DNA of 64,000 nucleotides, taken from assembly GCA_949296775.1 (NCBI GenBank), contig CASFQA010000003.1, forward strand, positions 47,935-111,934. The letters are read 5' to 3'. Both the position numbers and the translations under genes were made by a program. The notes under the pieces are model-generated. The model worked only from the letters and a program-made list of their open reading frames with translations, searched no databases and was not told the DNA's origin. The first letter of the stretch is position 1. Each line of letters starts with the position of its first letter. Positions 46,100 through 55,270 of the stretch are shown piece by piece. The DNA is from an uncultured bacterium (GTDB lineage Bacteria; Bacillota_I; Bacilli_A; RFN20; CAG-826).

Positions 46100-48024
46100 T
46101 TATGAATAAGTACAAAACCATCGATTACCCCGCTTCGGTCGGGGAGAAAGAAGCGGGGAAGGAACCGGTTCTTTCGGTTCGAAACCTGGCCATCTCCTTT
46201 AAAACCGACGAGGGGATGGTCAAAGCCGTCCGCGGCGTCTCCTTCGATTTATATAAAGAGGAGACCCTTTGCATCGTCGGCGAGTCCGGTTCGGGCAAAT
46301 CGGTCACCAACAAAACCATCATGGGCATCCTCCCCAAAAGCGCCCGCATCGAATCGGGCTCGATCGTCTATGAAGGCGAGGATTTGACCCAGGTTTCCGA
46401 GGACGAATTCCATAATATCCGGGGGACTAAGATCGGGATGATCTTCCAAGACCCCCTTTCCTCCTTGAACCCGATCATGAAGATCGGCAAGCAAATCACC
46501 GAGGTCATGCTCATCAACGGGCATCACCTGAAGAACCTTTTCAAGGACATCGTCAACGACGTCTTCATCAAGCTGAAGAACGATGAGCGTTTGCTTGAGC
46601 TCGCCAAAAGCGATTTGAAGCATTCGCTTGCCGATATCAAGGCCAAGATCGCCCAGGAAAAGAAAAACGCCAAGGCCGAGGAACGGACGCCGAACCTCGA
46701 GCCTTTGCTAGCCGAACAGGCCAAGGCCAAACAAGCCTTCATCGACAAGAAAGCCGAATTGAAGAACGTTATCGTTATGGATAAAGCGGCTTACGCGGCG
46801 AAGAAAAAAGAAGCGAGGGCGGCGGTTAAAGCCAAGAAGACGGAACTCTTGAAGGAGCATTGGGCCAACTTGAAGCCTATTTGGAAGTCCTTCTTCGACA
46901 AAGGCCCCTCCCAGCAGGCTAAGGCCAAGATCGCCGAGGCGAAAACGCGTTATCAAGAGGCCATGGCTAAGCCAGAGAACAACCCGAGCGAAGATGAACT
47001 CATCGACCTTTACGCCTCCATCGTCAACCCGAAGGAGAAGCAGGTCGCGGAGGTTAAAAAGAAACTCGAGGCTTTATCCGCCGATAAGGGGAATGAAGCG
47101 GGGCTGCTTGCCTATAACGAATGCCGGCTAGCCCTTCGCGACGCCAAAAAAGAAGCCGCTTCCGCCCGAAAAGAGGCGAAGAAGGCGATGCATGAGAGGA
47201 AGTATGGGGCCCGCGACGCTTATCGCGCCGAGGTCCGGCCGCTTTATCGGTCTTTGTTGACCTTCCCGGCCTTTAAGAAAGCCTATGATGATTTCCTGCT
47301 CGAGCATCGGCGTTATCTTTCCTGCCTCCGGGTCACCCATAAGGAAGCCAAGGACCGGGCCTTGAAGATCATGGCCGAAGTCGGCATCCCTCAACCGGAA
47401 CGGCGGTTCTATCAATACCCGTTCGAGTTCTCCGGCGGCATGCGCCAACGGATCGTCATCGCCATCGCCTTGACCGCCCATCCGGACATTTTGATCTGCG
47501 ATGAGCCGACCACCGCCCTCGACGTCACCATCCAAGCCCAGATCCTCGAATTGATCAACGAGCTGAAGGCCAAGCACCATATGTCGGTCATCTTCATCAC
47601 CCATGACTTAGGGGTCGTCGCCAACATGGCGGACCGGGTCGCGGTTATGTATGCGGGGAAAATCGTCGAATACGGGAAGGCCGATGAGGTCTTCTATTCG
47701 CCCGCCCATCCTTATACCTGGGCTTTGCTCTCCTCGATTCCCGACGTCGATTCGAAGGAAAAACTCGAGGCGATTCCCGGCACCCCGCCGAACATGCTTT
47801 TCCCGCCGAAAGGCGATGCCTTCGCCGCCCGAAGCAAATACGCCCTCGGGATCGATTTCAAGGAAGAGCCCCCGATGTTTCAGATTTCCCCTTCCCATTA
47901 CGCCGCCACCTGGCTGCTTGATGAAAGGGCGCCGGAACATAAGATGCCCTCGATCGTCGCGACCCGGATCAAGAATTCCTTGAAACGGGCCGGCAAGACT
48001 TCCGGAGGAAAGAAAGATGAATGA
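46096..48024 (+). CDS. oppD: Oligopeptide ABC transporter ATPase OppD with a Lys/Ala/Glu-rich insertion of about 250 aa
   Basis: Walker A GESGSGKSVT, then a coiled-coil-like insert, then the signature FSGGMRQRIVIAIAL, ILICDEPTTALD and the H-loop ITHDLG. The start may be the GTG at 46096 or the ATG at 46102. Confidence 0.85.
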   Translation: MIMNKYKTIDYPASVGEKEAGKEPVLSVRNLAISFKTDEGMVKAVRGVSFDLYKEETLCIVGESGSGKSVTNKTIMGILPKSARIESGSIVYEGEDLTQVSEDEFHNIRGTKIGMIFQDPLSSLNPIMKIGKQITEVMLINGHHLKNLFKDIVNDVFIKLKNDERLLELAKSDLKHSLADIKAKIAQEKKNAKAEERTPNLEPLLAEQAKAKQAFIDKKAELKNVIVMDKAAYAAKKKEARAAVKAKKTELLKEHWANLKPIWKSFFDKGPSQQAKAKIAEAKTRYQEAMAKPENNPSEDELIDLYASIVNPKEKQVAEVKKKLEALSADKGNEAGLLAYNECRLALRDAKKEAASARKEAKKAMHERKYGARDAYRAEVRPLYRSLLTFPAFKKAYDDFLLEHRRYLSCLRVTHKEAKDRALKIMAEVGIPQPERRFYQYPFEFSGGMRQRIVIAIALTAHPDILICDEPTTALDVTIQAQILELINELKAKHHMSVIFITHDLGVVANMADRVAVMYAGKIVEYGKADEVFYSPAHPYTWALLSSIPDVDSKEKLEAIPGTPPNMLFPPKGDAFAARSKYALGIDFKEEPPMFQISPSHYAATWLLDERAPEHKMPSIVATRIKNSLKRAGKTSGGKKDE

Positions 48025-49417
48025 AGAAAAGCGCCTCCAAATTCAGTCGGAGAAAGCCGAACTGAAAGAAAAAGTCGACCAAGCTAAGGCGGCTTTGCGG
48101 GATTTTAAGGTCAAATACAAAGGAGTGGAGCTCGATGAGTCCCTCCGGTATGAGCGGAAAAAGCTCAACGATGATCTCCATGAGGCCAAAAGAGCCCTCT
48201 CTTTAGTCGGGGTGTCTTATGACCCCTCCTTGATGGAGAACCACGTTATCTTAGACGTCCGCCACTTAAAGGAGTTCTTTAAGTCCGGCGAATACAAAAC
48301 CAAAGCCGTCCATGATATCTCCTTCCAAATCCACGAAGGGGAATGCTTTGGCTTAGTCGGGGAGTCGGGCTGCGGCAAAACCACCACCGGACGCTGCATC
48401 ATCGGCCTTTATCCCATCACTTCCGGCTCGATCTACTACAAGGGGTACCGGATTTCCGCCGGGAGCCGCTGGAACGAAAAGGAAATCAAGTGGACCCGGA
48501 TCCGCGACAATTCCCAAATCAAGGTTTTGAAAAGGGAACTCCGCGACAAACTAAGCGAATCGGCCAGCGAGGAGGAAAAAGACTCGCTAAGGCAGGAATA
48601 CGGGGCGAAAATCGCCGAGATCAAAGCCCATACCGATTCGGTCGTCTCGGTTCAGAAAGAGAAAATCTCCCAAATCCGTTACGACAACAAGCATTCCTCG
48701 TCCAAACTCCGGAACGAGATCCAGATGATCTTCCAGGATCCGATCGATTCCCTCGATCCCCGGATGACGGTCGAGGACATCATCGTCGAAGGGCTGCACA
48801 TCCAAGGGCAGTATGACAAGGAGGAGAATCGGCGGGCGGTCGAGCGGGTTTTGCGCCAAGTCGGCTTAATCCCCGAATACGCCTCCCGTTATCCCCATGA
48901 GTTCTCCGGCGGGCAAAGGCAGCGGATCGGCATCGCCCGGGCCCTTATCATGAACCCCAAGCTGCTTATTTGCGACGAGCCGATCTCGGCCCTCGACGTC
49001 TCGATCCGGGCCCAGGTCTTGAATTTGCTTAACGAGATCAAGGATTCGATGAAGCTGACGATGCTTTTCATCGCCCATGACCTTTCGGTCGTCAAGTATT
49101 TCTGCGACCGGATTGGGGTCATGTATTTCGGGGATATGGTTGAGCTCGCCTCCTCGGAAGAGCTCTTCCGCCACCCGCTTCATCCCTATACCAAAGCCTT
49201 GCTCTCAGCCATCCCTAAGCCCGACCCCTTGTCGGAGAAGAACCGGGTCCGGCAGGTTTATAACCCAGCCTCGACCCACGATTATTCCAAGCAAAAGCCC
49301 TCCTTCCGGGAGTTGATCCCCGGCCATTTCGTCCTTTGCAACGACGAGGAGGAGAAGCGTTACCTCAAAGAGATAAAACGGATCGATTCCAAGAAAGGAG
49401 ATAAGGCCAATGATTAA
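48017..49417 (+). CDS. oppF: Oligopeptide ABC transporter ATPase OppF (with insertion)
   Basis: Walker A GESGCGKTTT, signature FSGGQRQRIGIARAL, LLICDEPISALD, IAHDLS. GGAGG RBS. 8-nt overlap with oppD. Confidence 0.85.
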   Translation: MNEEKRLQIQSEKAELKEKVDQAKAALRDFKVKYKGVELDESLRYERKKLNDDLHEAKRALSLVGVSYDPSLMENHVILDVRHLKEFFKSGEYKTKAVHDISFQIHEGECFGLVGESGCGKTTTGRCIIGLYPITSGSIYYKGYRISAGSRWNEKEIKWTRIRDNSQIKVLKRELRDKLSESASEEEKDSLRQEYGAKIAEIKAHTDSVVSVQKEKISQIRYDNKHSSSKLRNEIQMIFQDPIDSLDPRMTVEDIIVEGLHIQGQYDKEENRRAVERVLRQVGLIPEYASRYPHEFSGGQRQRIGIARALIMNPKLLICDEPISALDVSIRAQVLNLLNEIKDSMKLTMLFIAHDLSVVKYFCDRIGVMYFGDMVELASSEELFRHPLHPYTKALLSAIPKPDPLSEKNRVRQVYNPASTHDYSKQKPSFRELIPGHFVLCNDEEEKRYLKEIKRIDSKKGDKAND

Positions 49418-50078
49418 ATGGATTAAATCCTTAGGGATATCTTTGTTCAGTTTCCTCGGGTTCCTGGTTTTGGCTTTGACCATCCCTTTCTTCGTCTCTT
49501 TGCTCGGGGCCTACGCCGATCCGGCCGGGCATAATTACCGGCTCGATTATCTGCCGGAAGGGGAAGCGGTCGATGCTTACCTCCATACCGGCGAGGCCTT
49601 CCTGTTTTTGGTTTTCGGCATCACCATCGCCGTCTTCTTGTTTCTTTTCATCCTCGATACTTTCTTCCGGAAGAAGAGCAGCCATGTCGGCATCGTGGCT
49701 TTGGGGACGCTTTTGCTTTCCGCTTTCTGCCTCGGAAGGGCGATCCTTAACTTCAAGTTGGGGGAAACGGTGACCGGGGTCATCGACATCATCGCTGCCG
49801 TCAGCATGCTCATCACCCTCTTCTTCTTCGTCAAGAAGAGCCTCGATGGCGATTGCTTGGTCTGGTATTACGTCTCGGTCATCCTAAGCGGCTTCCTCTT
49901 CTATTTCTGCATCATCTCCAATTACAACATCCTCGATTGCTTCTCCCATTCGGGCGACGTCATCTTCTGGTGCGGCTATGCCGTGACCCGTTATTACCTG
50001 CTTACTTATCTTTTGCTCGTTTGGGTCAATCACCATTACGATTACGAGCCGGCTGGGGTTGTGGTCGCCGATATATGA
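49410..50078 (+). CDS. Polytopic membrane protein translationally coupled to oppF, unknown function
   Basis: About six TM helices. AAAGGAG RBS. 8-nt overlap with the oppF stop. Confidence 0.5.
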   Translation: MIKWIKSLGISLFSFLGFLVLALTIPFFVSLLGAYADPAGHNYRLDYLPEGEAVDAYLHTGEAFLFLVFGITIAVFLFLFILDTFFRKKSSHVGIVALGTLLLSAFCLGRAILNFKLGETVTGVIDIIAAVSMLITLFFFVKKSLDGDCLVWYYVSVILSGFLFYFCIISNYNILDCFSHSGDVIFWCGYAVTRYYLLTYLLLVWVNHHYDYEPAGVVVADI

Positions 50079-50106
50079 TTTATAGGGGCCTTGGCCCCTT
50101 TTCATT

Positions 50107-50739
50107 ATGAAAGCCTTGATATTCGATTTAGACGGAACCCTCTGGGATTCCACCGTCCCGGTGGCTTCCTGCTACGAGGCGGTGGGGCGGAGGCTGCTCG
50201 GCCCATCTTTCCGTTTCACCCCGGATGACGCTCGTTCGTTAATGGGAAAGACGATGGATGAAATCGCCGCCGCGATCGCGCCGAAAAGCTATTCGCCTAC
50301 CCAAATCCAATCCTTGGGAAAAGCCTTCTTCCAGGCGGAAAACGCCTATTTGGCCGACCATCCGGGGACGTTATACCCCTTTGTCGGGGAAACGCTCTTT
50401 AAATTGAAGGAGCGGTATCGCCTCTATATCGTCTCCAATTGCCAAGCCGGCTATATCGAGACCTTCCTGCCTTTGCTTCCCGAAGGGACGTTTCTTTCCC
50501 ATATGTGCTTTGACGATACCAAGAAGCCCAAATGGTTCACCATTCGCTCCTTGATGGATAGGGAAGGGATCGACGAAGCGATCTATATCGGGGACACCGC
50601 GAGGGATGAGGAAGCCTCGGAAAAGGCCGGCCTCCCTTTCATCCATGCCGAATACGGTTTTGGAAACGCCCTCCATCCAGCGGGGCGGATCGCATGTTTT
50701 GCCGACTTGCCCAATATCCTATTGAGTCTTGGCTTCTAG
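50107..50739 (+). CDS. HAD-superfamily phosphatase (subfamily IA)
   Basis: Motif I FDLDGTLWDS, motif II S/T, motif III/IV K...IYIGDTARDEEAS. Confidence 0.75.
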   Translation: MKALIFDLDGTLWDSTVPVASCYEAVGRRLLGPSFRFTPDDARSLMGKTMDEIAAAIAPKSYSPTQIQSLGKAFFQAENAYLADHPGTLYPFVGETLFKLKERYRLYIVSNCQAGYIETFLPLLPEGTFLSHMCFDDTKKPKWFTIRSLMDREGIDEAIYIGDTARDEEASEKAGLPFIHAEYGFGNALHPAGRIACFADLPNILLSLGF

Positions 50740-50755
50740 CCTTTAAGATATTGTT

Positions 50756-51139
50756 ATGGAAAAAACCGATAACCCTTTCAAGGCCGACCGTTACCTCTCC
50801 TCCTCTCAACAGGAGATCGTCCATTCGATGATGCCGGAGCTCAATCAAGCCACCGATGCCGACCAATGTCATCGGACCATAGATTTGATCGATGGTTTCG
50901 TCAAGGCCAATAAAACCAGCGATTTGGTATACGAGAATGCCCTTAAGGCTTTCCAAGGGGCTGAGGATTCGCTTCGTTCGGCCGCCCTTTTCCCACCCGA
51001 TGCCGGCTCGATGCTCGTCCTTAACCTCATCGCCAGCTATATGTCGATTATGTTTTTGGTTGGGGCCTTATCGGCGGACGATTTGAAGAAGATGGCGCCG
51101 GTTATGAACGGCTTTAACGATAAACTGCCGACCGCCTAG
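50756..51139 (+). CDS. Hypothetical protein
   Basis: ORF only. Helical composition. Confidence 0.4.
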   Translation: MEKTDNPFKADRYLSSSQQEIVHSMMPELNQATDADQCHRTIDLIDGFVKANKTSDLVYENALKAFQGAEDSLRSAALFPPDAGSMLVLNLIASYMSIMFLVGALSADDLKKMAPVMNGFNDKLPTA

Positions 51140-51145
51140 CTGAAT

Positions 51146-51173
51146 TTGCCGAAATTTTCGCCGATTGTATATT
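51146..51173 (+). promoter_or_regulatory. Sigma-70-like promoter of the 4-gene operon (-35 TTGCCG, 16-nt spacer, -10 TATATT)
   Basis: Hexamers lie 45-75 nt upstream of the AGGAGG RBS at 51208 and the ATG at 51222. Confidence 0.5.
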
Positions 51174-51221
51174 GCCTCTTTTTCCCTTTTAGGGGAAAAT
51201 TAGAAGACAGGAGGCGCGTCA

Positions 51222-51491
51222 ATGGACAATCAAGCCAAAGGATTTGCCGAATTGGCTAGTGGTTTAGCCGATAGGACCGCAAGGTTAGCCGGCTCTGCCG
51301 ATGAGGCGATGCATGAAGGTTTTTCCCGTTACATTGAGGCGCAAAAGGCCACTATTTCCGAGGCTGAGCGAATCAGCTCATCCGTCAGCGAGGAGATCGA
51401 AACCCTCGCAAAAAGCCGTTTTGAGGTGGCTTTAGAGGAAGGGAAGAAAGCCATCGCGGAGGCTTTTGCCACCCAGGGGGTTAGCTTATGA
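51222..51491 (+). CDS. Small alpha-helical protein, first gene of the unknown 4-gene operon
   Basis: AGGAGG RBS 8 nt upstream. 89 aa. Its stop overlaps the next start (ATGA). Confidence 0.5.
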   Translation: MDNQAKGFAELASGLADRTARLAGSADEAMHEGFSRYIEAQKATISEAERISSSVSEEIETLAKSRFEVALEEGKKAIAEAFATQGVSL

Positions 51492-51805
51492 AAGAGCCAA
51501 TTCGGGAGACTAATGGCAATATGGCTGATTTGCCTTCCCAAATCAACCAACTCGAATCCGATAACGCGGCCTTGGAAATCAAAATCAAAAAGCTGAAATC
51601 GGAGTTGAATGGGAAATTATTCCAACAGAGCAAAGACGATATTCGCCGCTTGAACGAGCAGCTAACCGCTTATTCGGAGAAAGAGATCGCCATCATGGAC
51701 GATTTCTCTGCCGCCCTCCGTCATTTAAACGATTCGGTTTCCGATCTGCAGGCTATTTTATCCGTCGAGAAGGGTGAGGAAGAGCAACCGGAGGTCGAAG
51801 GATGA
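51488..51805 (+). CDS. Coiled-coil protein, second gene of the operon
   Basis: Heptad-like LESDNAALEIKIKKLKSELNGKL. Its stop overlaps the next start (ATGA). Confidence 0.5.
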   Translation: MKEPIRETNGNMADLPSQINQLESDNAALEIKIKKLKSELNGKLFQQSKDDIRRLNEQLTAYSEKEIAIMDDFSAALRHLNDSVSDLQAILSVEKGEEEQPEVEG

Positions 51806-53691
51806 GCAACGAAATGGATAATCGGCTGCTGGAACTGAAGCAGCTCAACCTCTCCTTATCCACCGACTTGCTCGATTTGGAGAAGCTTTCCGCCCATTGC
51901 GATTTCCAATTGCCGAAATCAAAGGCGGCTTTGGCGGAGATGTCGCTTTCGAAGGAAAAGCTTTTGCTTTGCGACGCCAAGCTAGCCCAAGCCAAACAGG
52001 ACCTTGAGGATTCAAAGGAGAACGTCAAATTCCTCTCCTCTTTCGTCAAAGTCATATGCCGTCAGATCATGGCGGTTGGATCGCTCACCAATAAAGGGCT
52101 TTTCGATTCCGCTTCCGACATATTGAATTCCTTATCGTCCCATGCCAACGATCTCTCAGCCCCTTGGACGGCTGATTTGAAGGAACAGATCGAGGAATCG
52201 ATTGGCTATCAAAGGGTCAAGCTGGTTTTGCTTCGGGCCCGCCATAACGAAAAGCATGGCCTTCCTCCCTGCGGGGAGGCGGAAATCGACGCCTTATTGG
52301 ATGATATCGTCGATTTGGGCATGAAATACCATTCGGAAAGCGAAAGGGCTGGCTTGCTCAACGAGGCTTTGGTCATCAAGCTCAATATCTTGGCCTCCCG
52401 CGAGGAAGCAACCATCCATGATATGGATAGCCTTGAAGCCATCATCGCCGAACGGGATCATTATTTGTCTTTATCGAGCGGGGCCGATTGCCATGTCGAG
52501 GAGGCGAAAAAACGCCTATATAAAGTCATTCTCGACGAATTCAACGAGCTTTCCTTCCTTTACTTCGACGATGAGCCGAACTTCGATAAGGCCTTAGCGG
52601 TCTTCAATCAAAAAGGGAGCATCGAGAAAGAGGACATCGCCCATCACGCTTATAAAGAAGCGGAGGACGACAAAGCCTTCCGGATCGCCTTCCTTTGCCA
52701 AATGGCTTTGCGGAAAGACGTTTCCGGCTACAAAGACCAAGTCATCGTCTTGTCCTCGAAAGCCGAGGAGGGCGATATCGATTCGCTCGATCTATTGGCC
52801 CATTTCCTCTCGATGCCGTTAATCGATTCGACGAAATTCGATTTGACGATCAAATCGCTTAAGACTTTGTCTTTTGAGCAGAAGATCCATTTCCTGGCCT
52901 TCGCCATCAAGCTAGGCTTGGACGAGGAGAAGCAAGTCCTGCTTTTCCAATTCATCGAGCAGCTGCGGATCGGGGCTCGCCGGGGCGATCTTGAGAAGAT
53001 GGCCCCCGACCTCTCTTACCTCGATTTCCATATCGCCCCCTCCTTGAAGGAAGATTGGGCGGGGATGAAGGGGGACTTGCTCCGCTCGCCGAGAGCCCAT
53101 AAGATCGTGACCAAGACCCAAGTGGCGGAACTCCGGGTTTTCGCCGGCGAGGATCCGGCGTCTTTATCGGCCCCGTTAGGCAAAAAACTCAAATCCGCCT
53201 ATGTCCGTTCCTGGGATATGCTCAAGTATGTCCTCTATTGGTTTTTCGCCATCCCCTTGCCGTTGGTCTTATCGGGGGTCGCCTATTATTTGATGTACCA
53301 TTTCGGGGTCGCCGATTATATCGGCTCCGCCATCTTCGCTTTGCCATTCGGCCTTTGCCTGCTTCTATTGGCCTTAGTCGGTCACGCTTTCTACGGCCGG
53401 GACGAGAAAGGGTCGATGTGGTATCGAAGGGCCCTCGGCCTCGTTTCCGTCTCTCTCCTCGCCGGCTCGGCCGTCATCTTCGCTTTGCCGCCTCGTTTGC
53501 TTTTCGGGGCGGAGATCATCGCTTTGCCGGCCTTGATCGATGGGATCCTCGCCTATTTGCTTTCCGTTTTGTTCTTTAAGGAAAGGAATCGGGCCCTTTC
53601 TTATGCGGTCCTCGGGCTATTCATCGTCGCCCTCGGGGTGGCGACCGGCTTCATGGTCTATGTCATGATGTCGGGCCTGACGGTTTCTTGA
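51802..53691 (+). CDS. 629-aa protein with an N-terminal coiled-coil/helical region and four C-terminal TM helices, third gene of the operon
   Basis: No known motif recognised. The C-terminal 130 aa are strongly hydrophobic (four helices). TGATG overlap with the next gene. Confidence 0.55.
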   Translation: MSNEMDNRLLELKQLNLSLSTDLLDLEKLSAHCDFQLPKSKAALAEMSLSKEKLLLCDAKLAQAKQDLEDSKENVKFLSSFVKVICRQIMAVGSLTNKGLFDSASDILNSLSSHANDLSAPWTADLKEQIEESIGYQRVKLVLLRARHNEKHGLPPCGEAEIDALLDDIVDLGMKYHSESERAGLLNEALVIKLNILASREEATIHDMDSLEAIIAERDHYLSLSSGADCHVEEAKKRLYKVILDEFNELSFLYFDDEPNFDKALAVFNQKGSIEKEDIAHHAYKEAEDDKAFRIAFLCQMALRKDVSGYKDQVIVLSSKAEEGDIDSLDLLAHFLSMPLIDSTKFDLTIKSLKTLSFEQKIHFLAFAIKLGLDEEKQVLLFQFIEQLRIGARRGDLEKMAPDLSYLDFHIAPSLKEDWAGMKGDLLRSPRAHKIVTKTQVAELRVFAGEDPASLSAPLGKKLKSAYVRSWDMLKYVLYWFFAIPLPLVLSGVAYYLMYHFGVADYIGSAIFALPFGLCLLLLALVGHAFYGRDEKGSMWYRRALGLVSVSLLAGSAVIFALPPRLLFGAEIIALPALIDGILAYLLSVLFFKERNRALSYAVLGLFIVALGVATGFMVYVMMSGLTVS

Positions 53692-54827
53692 TGCATCTAT
53701 TCTTCGATTACCATCCCGACCGGGACGTCATTGTCTATTGCCTTTCCGACGAAAGGCTTTTGTGTTTGGAGAAAGGGGAGGCGGCCCTTGGGTCGGAACA
53801 ATTCGGCGCGCTTATAACCGAATACCCTATTGTCAGCTATGACGTTGAGCCCTTTTTCCTGCGGCTAAGGGCGTTGAATTTCCCCAAACGCTTTTCCTGT
53901 TTCGACTTGAAGCGGCTTTTCCGAGCTTATTATGGAGTGGCGGAGGACATTCCCTATGAGGAAGCCAAAACCCAGTTCGACGACCAAGCCCTCCTGCAGG
54001 GCTGCGAGGCTTTTTCCTTCTTCGTCCACCTCTGCGATTTCGAGGCGGAGGATGCCGCTTGCCTATTGGGGGTCGATTACGGTGACTGCCTGCTTTCTTT
54101 CCCCGAATGCGGCGAGGCCTTCGCCTCATTGAATCTGTTTAAGCAAGCTCGGGAGGAAAGGATATCCGCTTTCGATCCTAAGCGAATAAAACGGCTTTTG
54201 TTTTTCGATTTGGAATGCGCGAACACCGACGGGAATATCGGGAAGATATGCGAGTTCGGCGGGGTTTATGCCTCTTTATCCATGCAAATCGAAGGGGAAA
54301 TCGAAATGCTTATCAATCCCGAGTCAACTTTCAAAGTGAATCGGCTCGGGCGGGGTTTGCAGCTGTTTTATCGTTCCGCCGATTACGAACGCTCGCCCTC
54401 TTTCCCCCAGCAATACGGCCGTCTAAAAAGCGTTTTGGAAGATGAAGAGACTTTGCTGGTCGGCTTTGCTTCCGGCAATGACTTCCGCTTCCTAATGGGC
54501 GATTGTTGGCGTTATCGCCTTCCGGGATTCGATCTATTGGGATTGGACGTTCAGCCTTTGGCCGACCGCTTGCTGGGATCGAAGAGATCGCTTTCGTTGG
54601 AAGACGCTTTATTCGGGCTTGGGGGCAGCCTGCCGAATGGGCTTACCCCTCATCGGGCCCTCGATGACGCCAAATTGACTTTGTTGGTGGCTCAGAAAGC
54701 TTTTCAGCGGGTTAAAGGCGGCTTGCTCGGCTATTTGGAAAACAAAAGCGAGGGCTTCATCACCTCGCTTCATGTCGATAAGATATTGGAGCACCCGCTT
54801 CCGAAGCTCCGTTATTGGTCGGATTGA
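53691..54827 (+). CDS. Protein with a C-terminal DEDDh 3'-5' exonuclease domain (DnaQ/RNase T/KapD-like) and an unknown N-terminal domain of about 180 aa
   Basis: Exo motif I FFDLECANT, motif II GNDFRFL and motif III HRALDDAKL (the His-containing DEDDh variant). Confidence 0.6.
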   Translation: MHLFFDYHPDRDVIVYCLSDERLLCLEKGEAALGSEQFGALITEYPIVSYDVEPFFLRLRALNFPKRFSCFDLKRLFRAYYGVAEDIPYEEAKTQFDDQALLQGCEAFSFFVHLCDFEAEDAACLLGVDYGDCLLSFPECGEAFASLNLFKQAREERISAFDPKRIKRLLFFDLECANTDGNIGKICEFGGVYASLSMQIEGEIEMLINPESTFKVNRLGRGLQLFYRSADYERSPSFPQQYGRLKSVLEDEETLLVGFASGNDFRFLMGDCWRYRLPGFDLLGLDVQPLADRLLGSKRSLSLEDALFGLGGSLPNGLTPHRALDDAKLTLLVAQKAFQRVKGGLLGYLENKSEGFITSLHVDKILEHPLPKLRYWSD

Positions 54828-54828
54828 T

Positions 54829-55269
54829 TCAGTAGGCGGCCTCGTCGTAGCCGTAGAGGAACTTTTTCCCCTCGTCTTGAGAATAATCATCGACGTGGAG
54901 GAAGACTAGTTTGTCTTTTTCCGCGAATTCCTCGATCCGGATGACGGTGCATTCCATTTGGACCTTGGCGTTTTCGATTAAGGCCACCGACCCGTTTATC
55001 TTCATCGGGGCCAGGGCGAATTTATCGATGGAATCACTATGCCCACGGCCGAAGGCGGCGGAGATTGAGGCTTGGTCGTCGGATAGGGCGGACACGCCGA
55101 TCTTCATTCCGACCTCGAGGTTATTGCTGGTTTTGGCTTGACCGCCTAAAAGCATGGCGATATCGGAGTAGCCGATCATCATAGCCCAGGCGCAGGTCAT
55201 GCCGTAATGATGGCCGTCTTTGATGTAGGCGACGACCGAGGCGCTGCAATTGAAGGCTTTTAATGACAT
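54829..55269 (-). CDS. Flavin reductase-like (FMN-binding split-barrel) family protein
   Basis: The pattern VVAYIKDGHHYGMTCAWAMM...GVSALSDDQASISAAFG...DKF is consistent with PF01613. Confidence 0.55.
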   Translation of the reverse strand: MSLKAFNCSASVVAYIKDGHHYGMTCAWAMMIGYSDIAMLLGGQAKTSNNLEVGMKIGVSALSDDQASISAAFGRGHSDSIDKFALAPMKINGSVALIENAKVQMECTVIRIEEFAEKDKLVFLHVDDYSQDEGKKFLYGYDEAAY

Positions 55270-55270
55270 C

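Noticed and set aside
46600-47250. Lys/Ala/Glu-rich low-complexity stretch considered as a separate gene or repeat element
   Set aside because: It is in frame and continuous between the Walker A and signature motifs of OppD. It is the known type of Mollicutes OppD insertion and not an independent feature.
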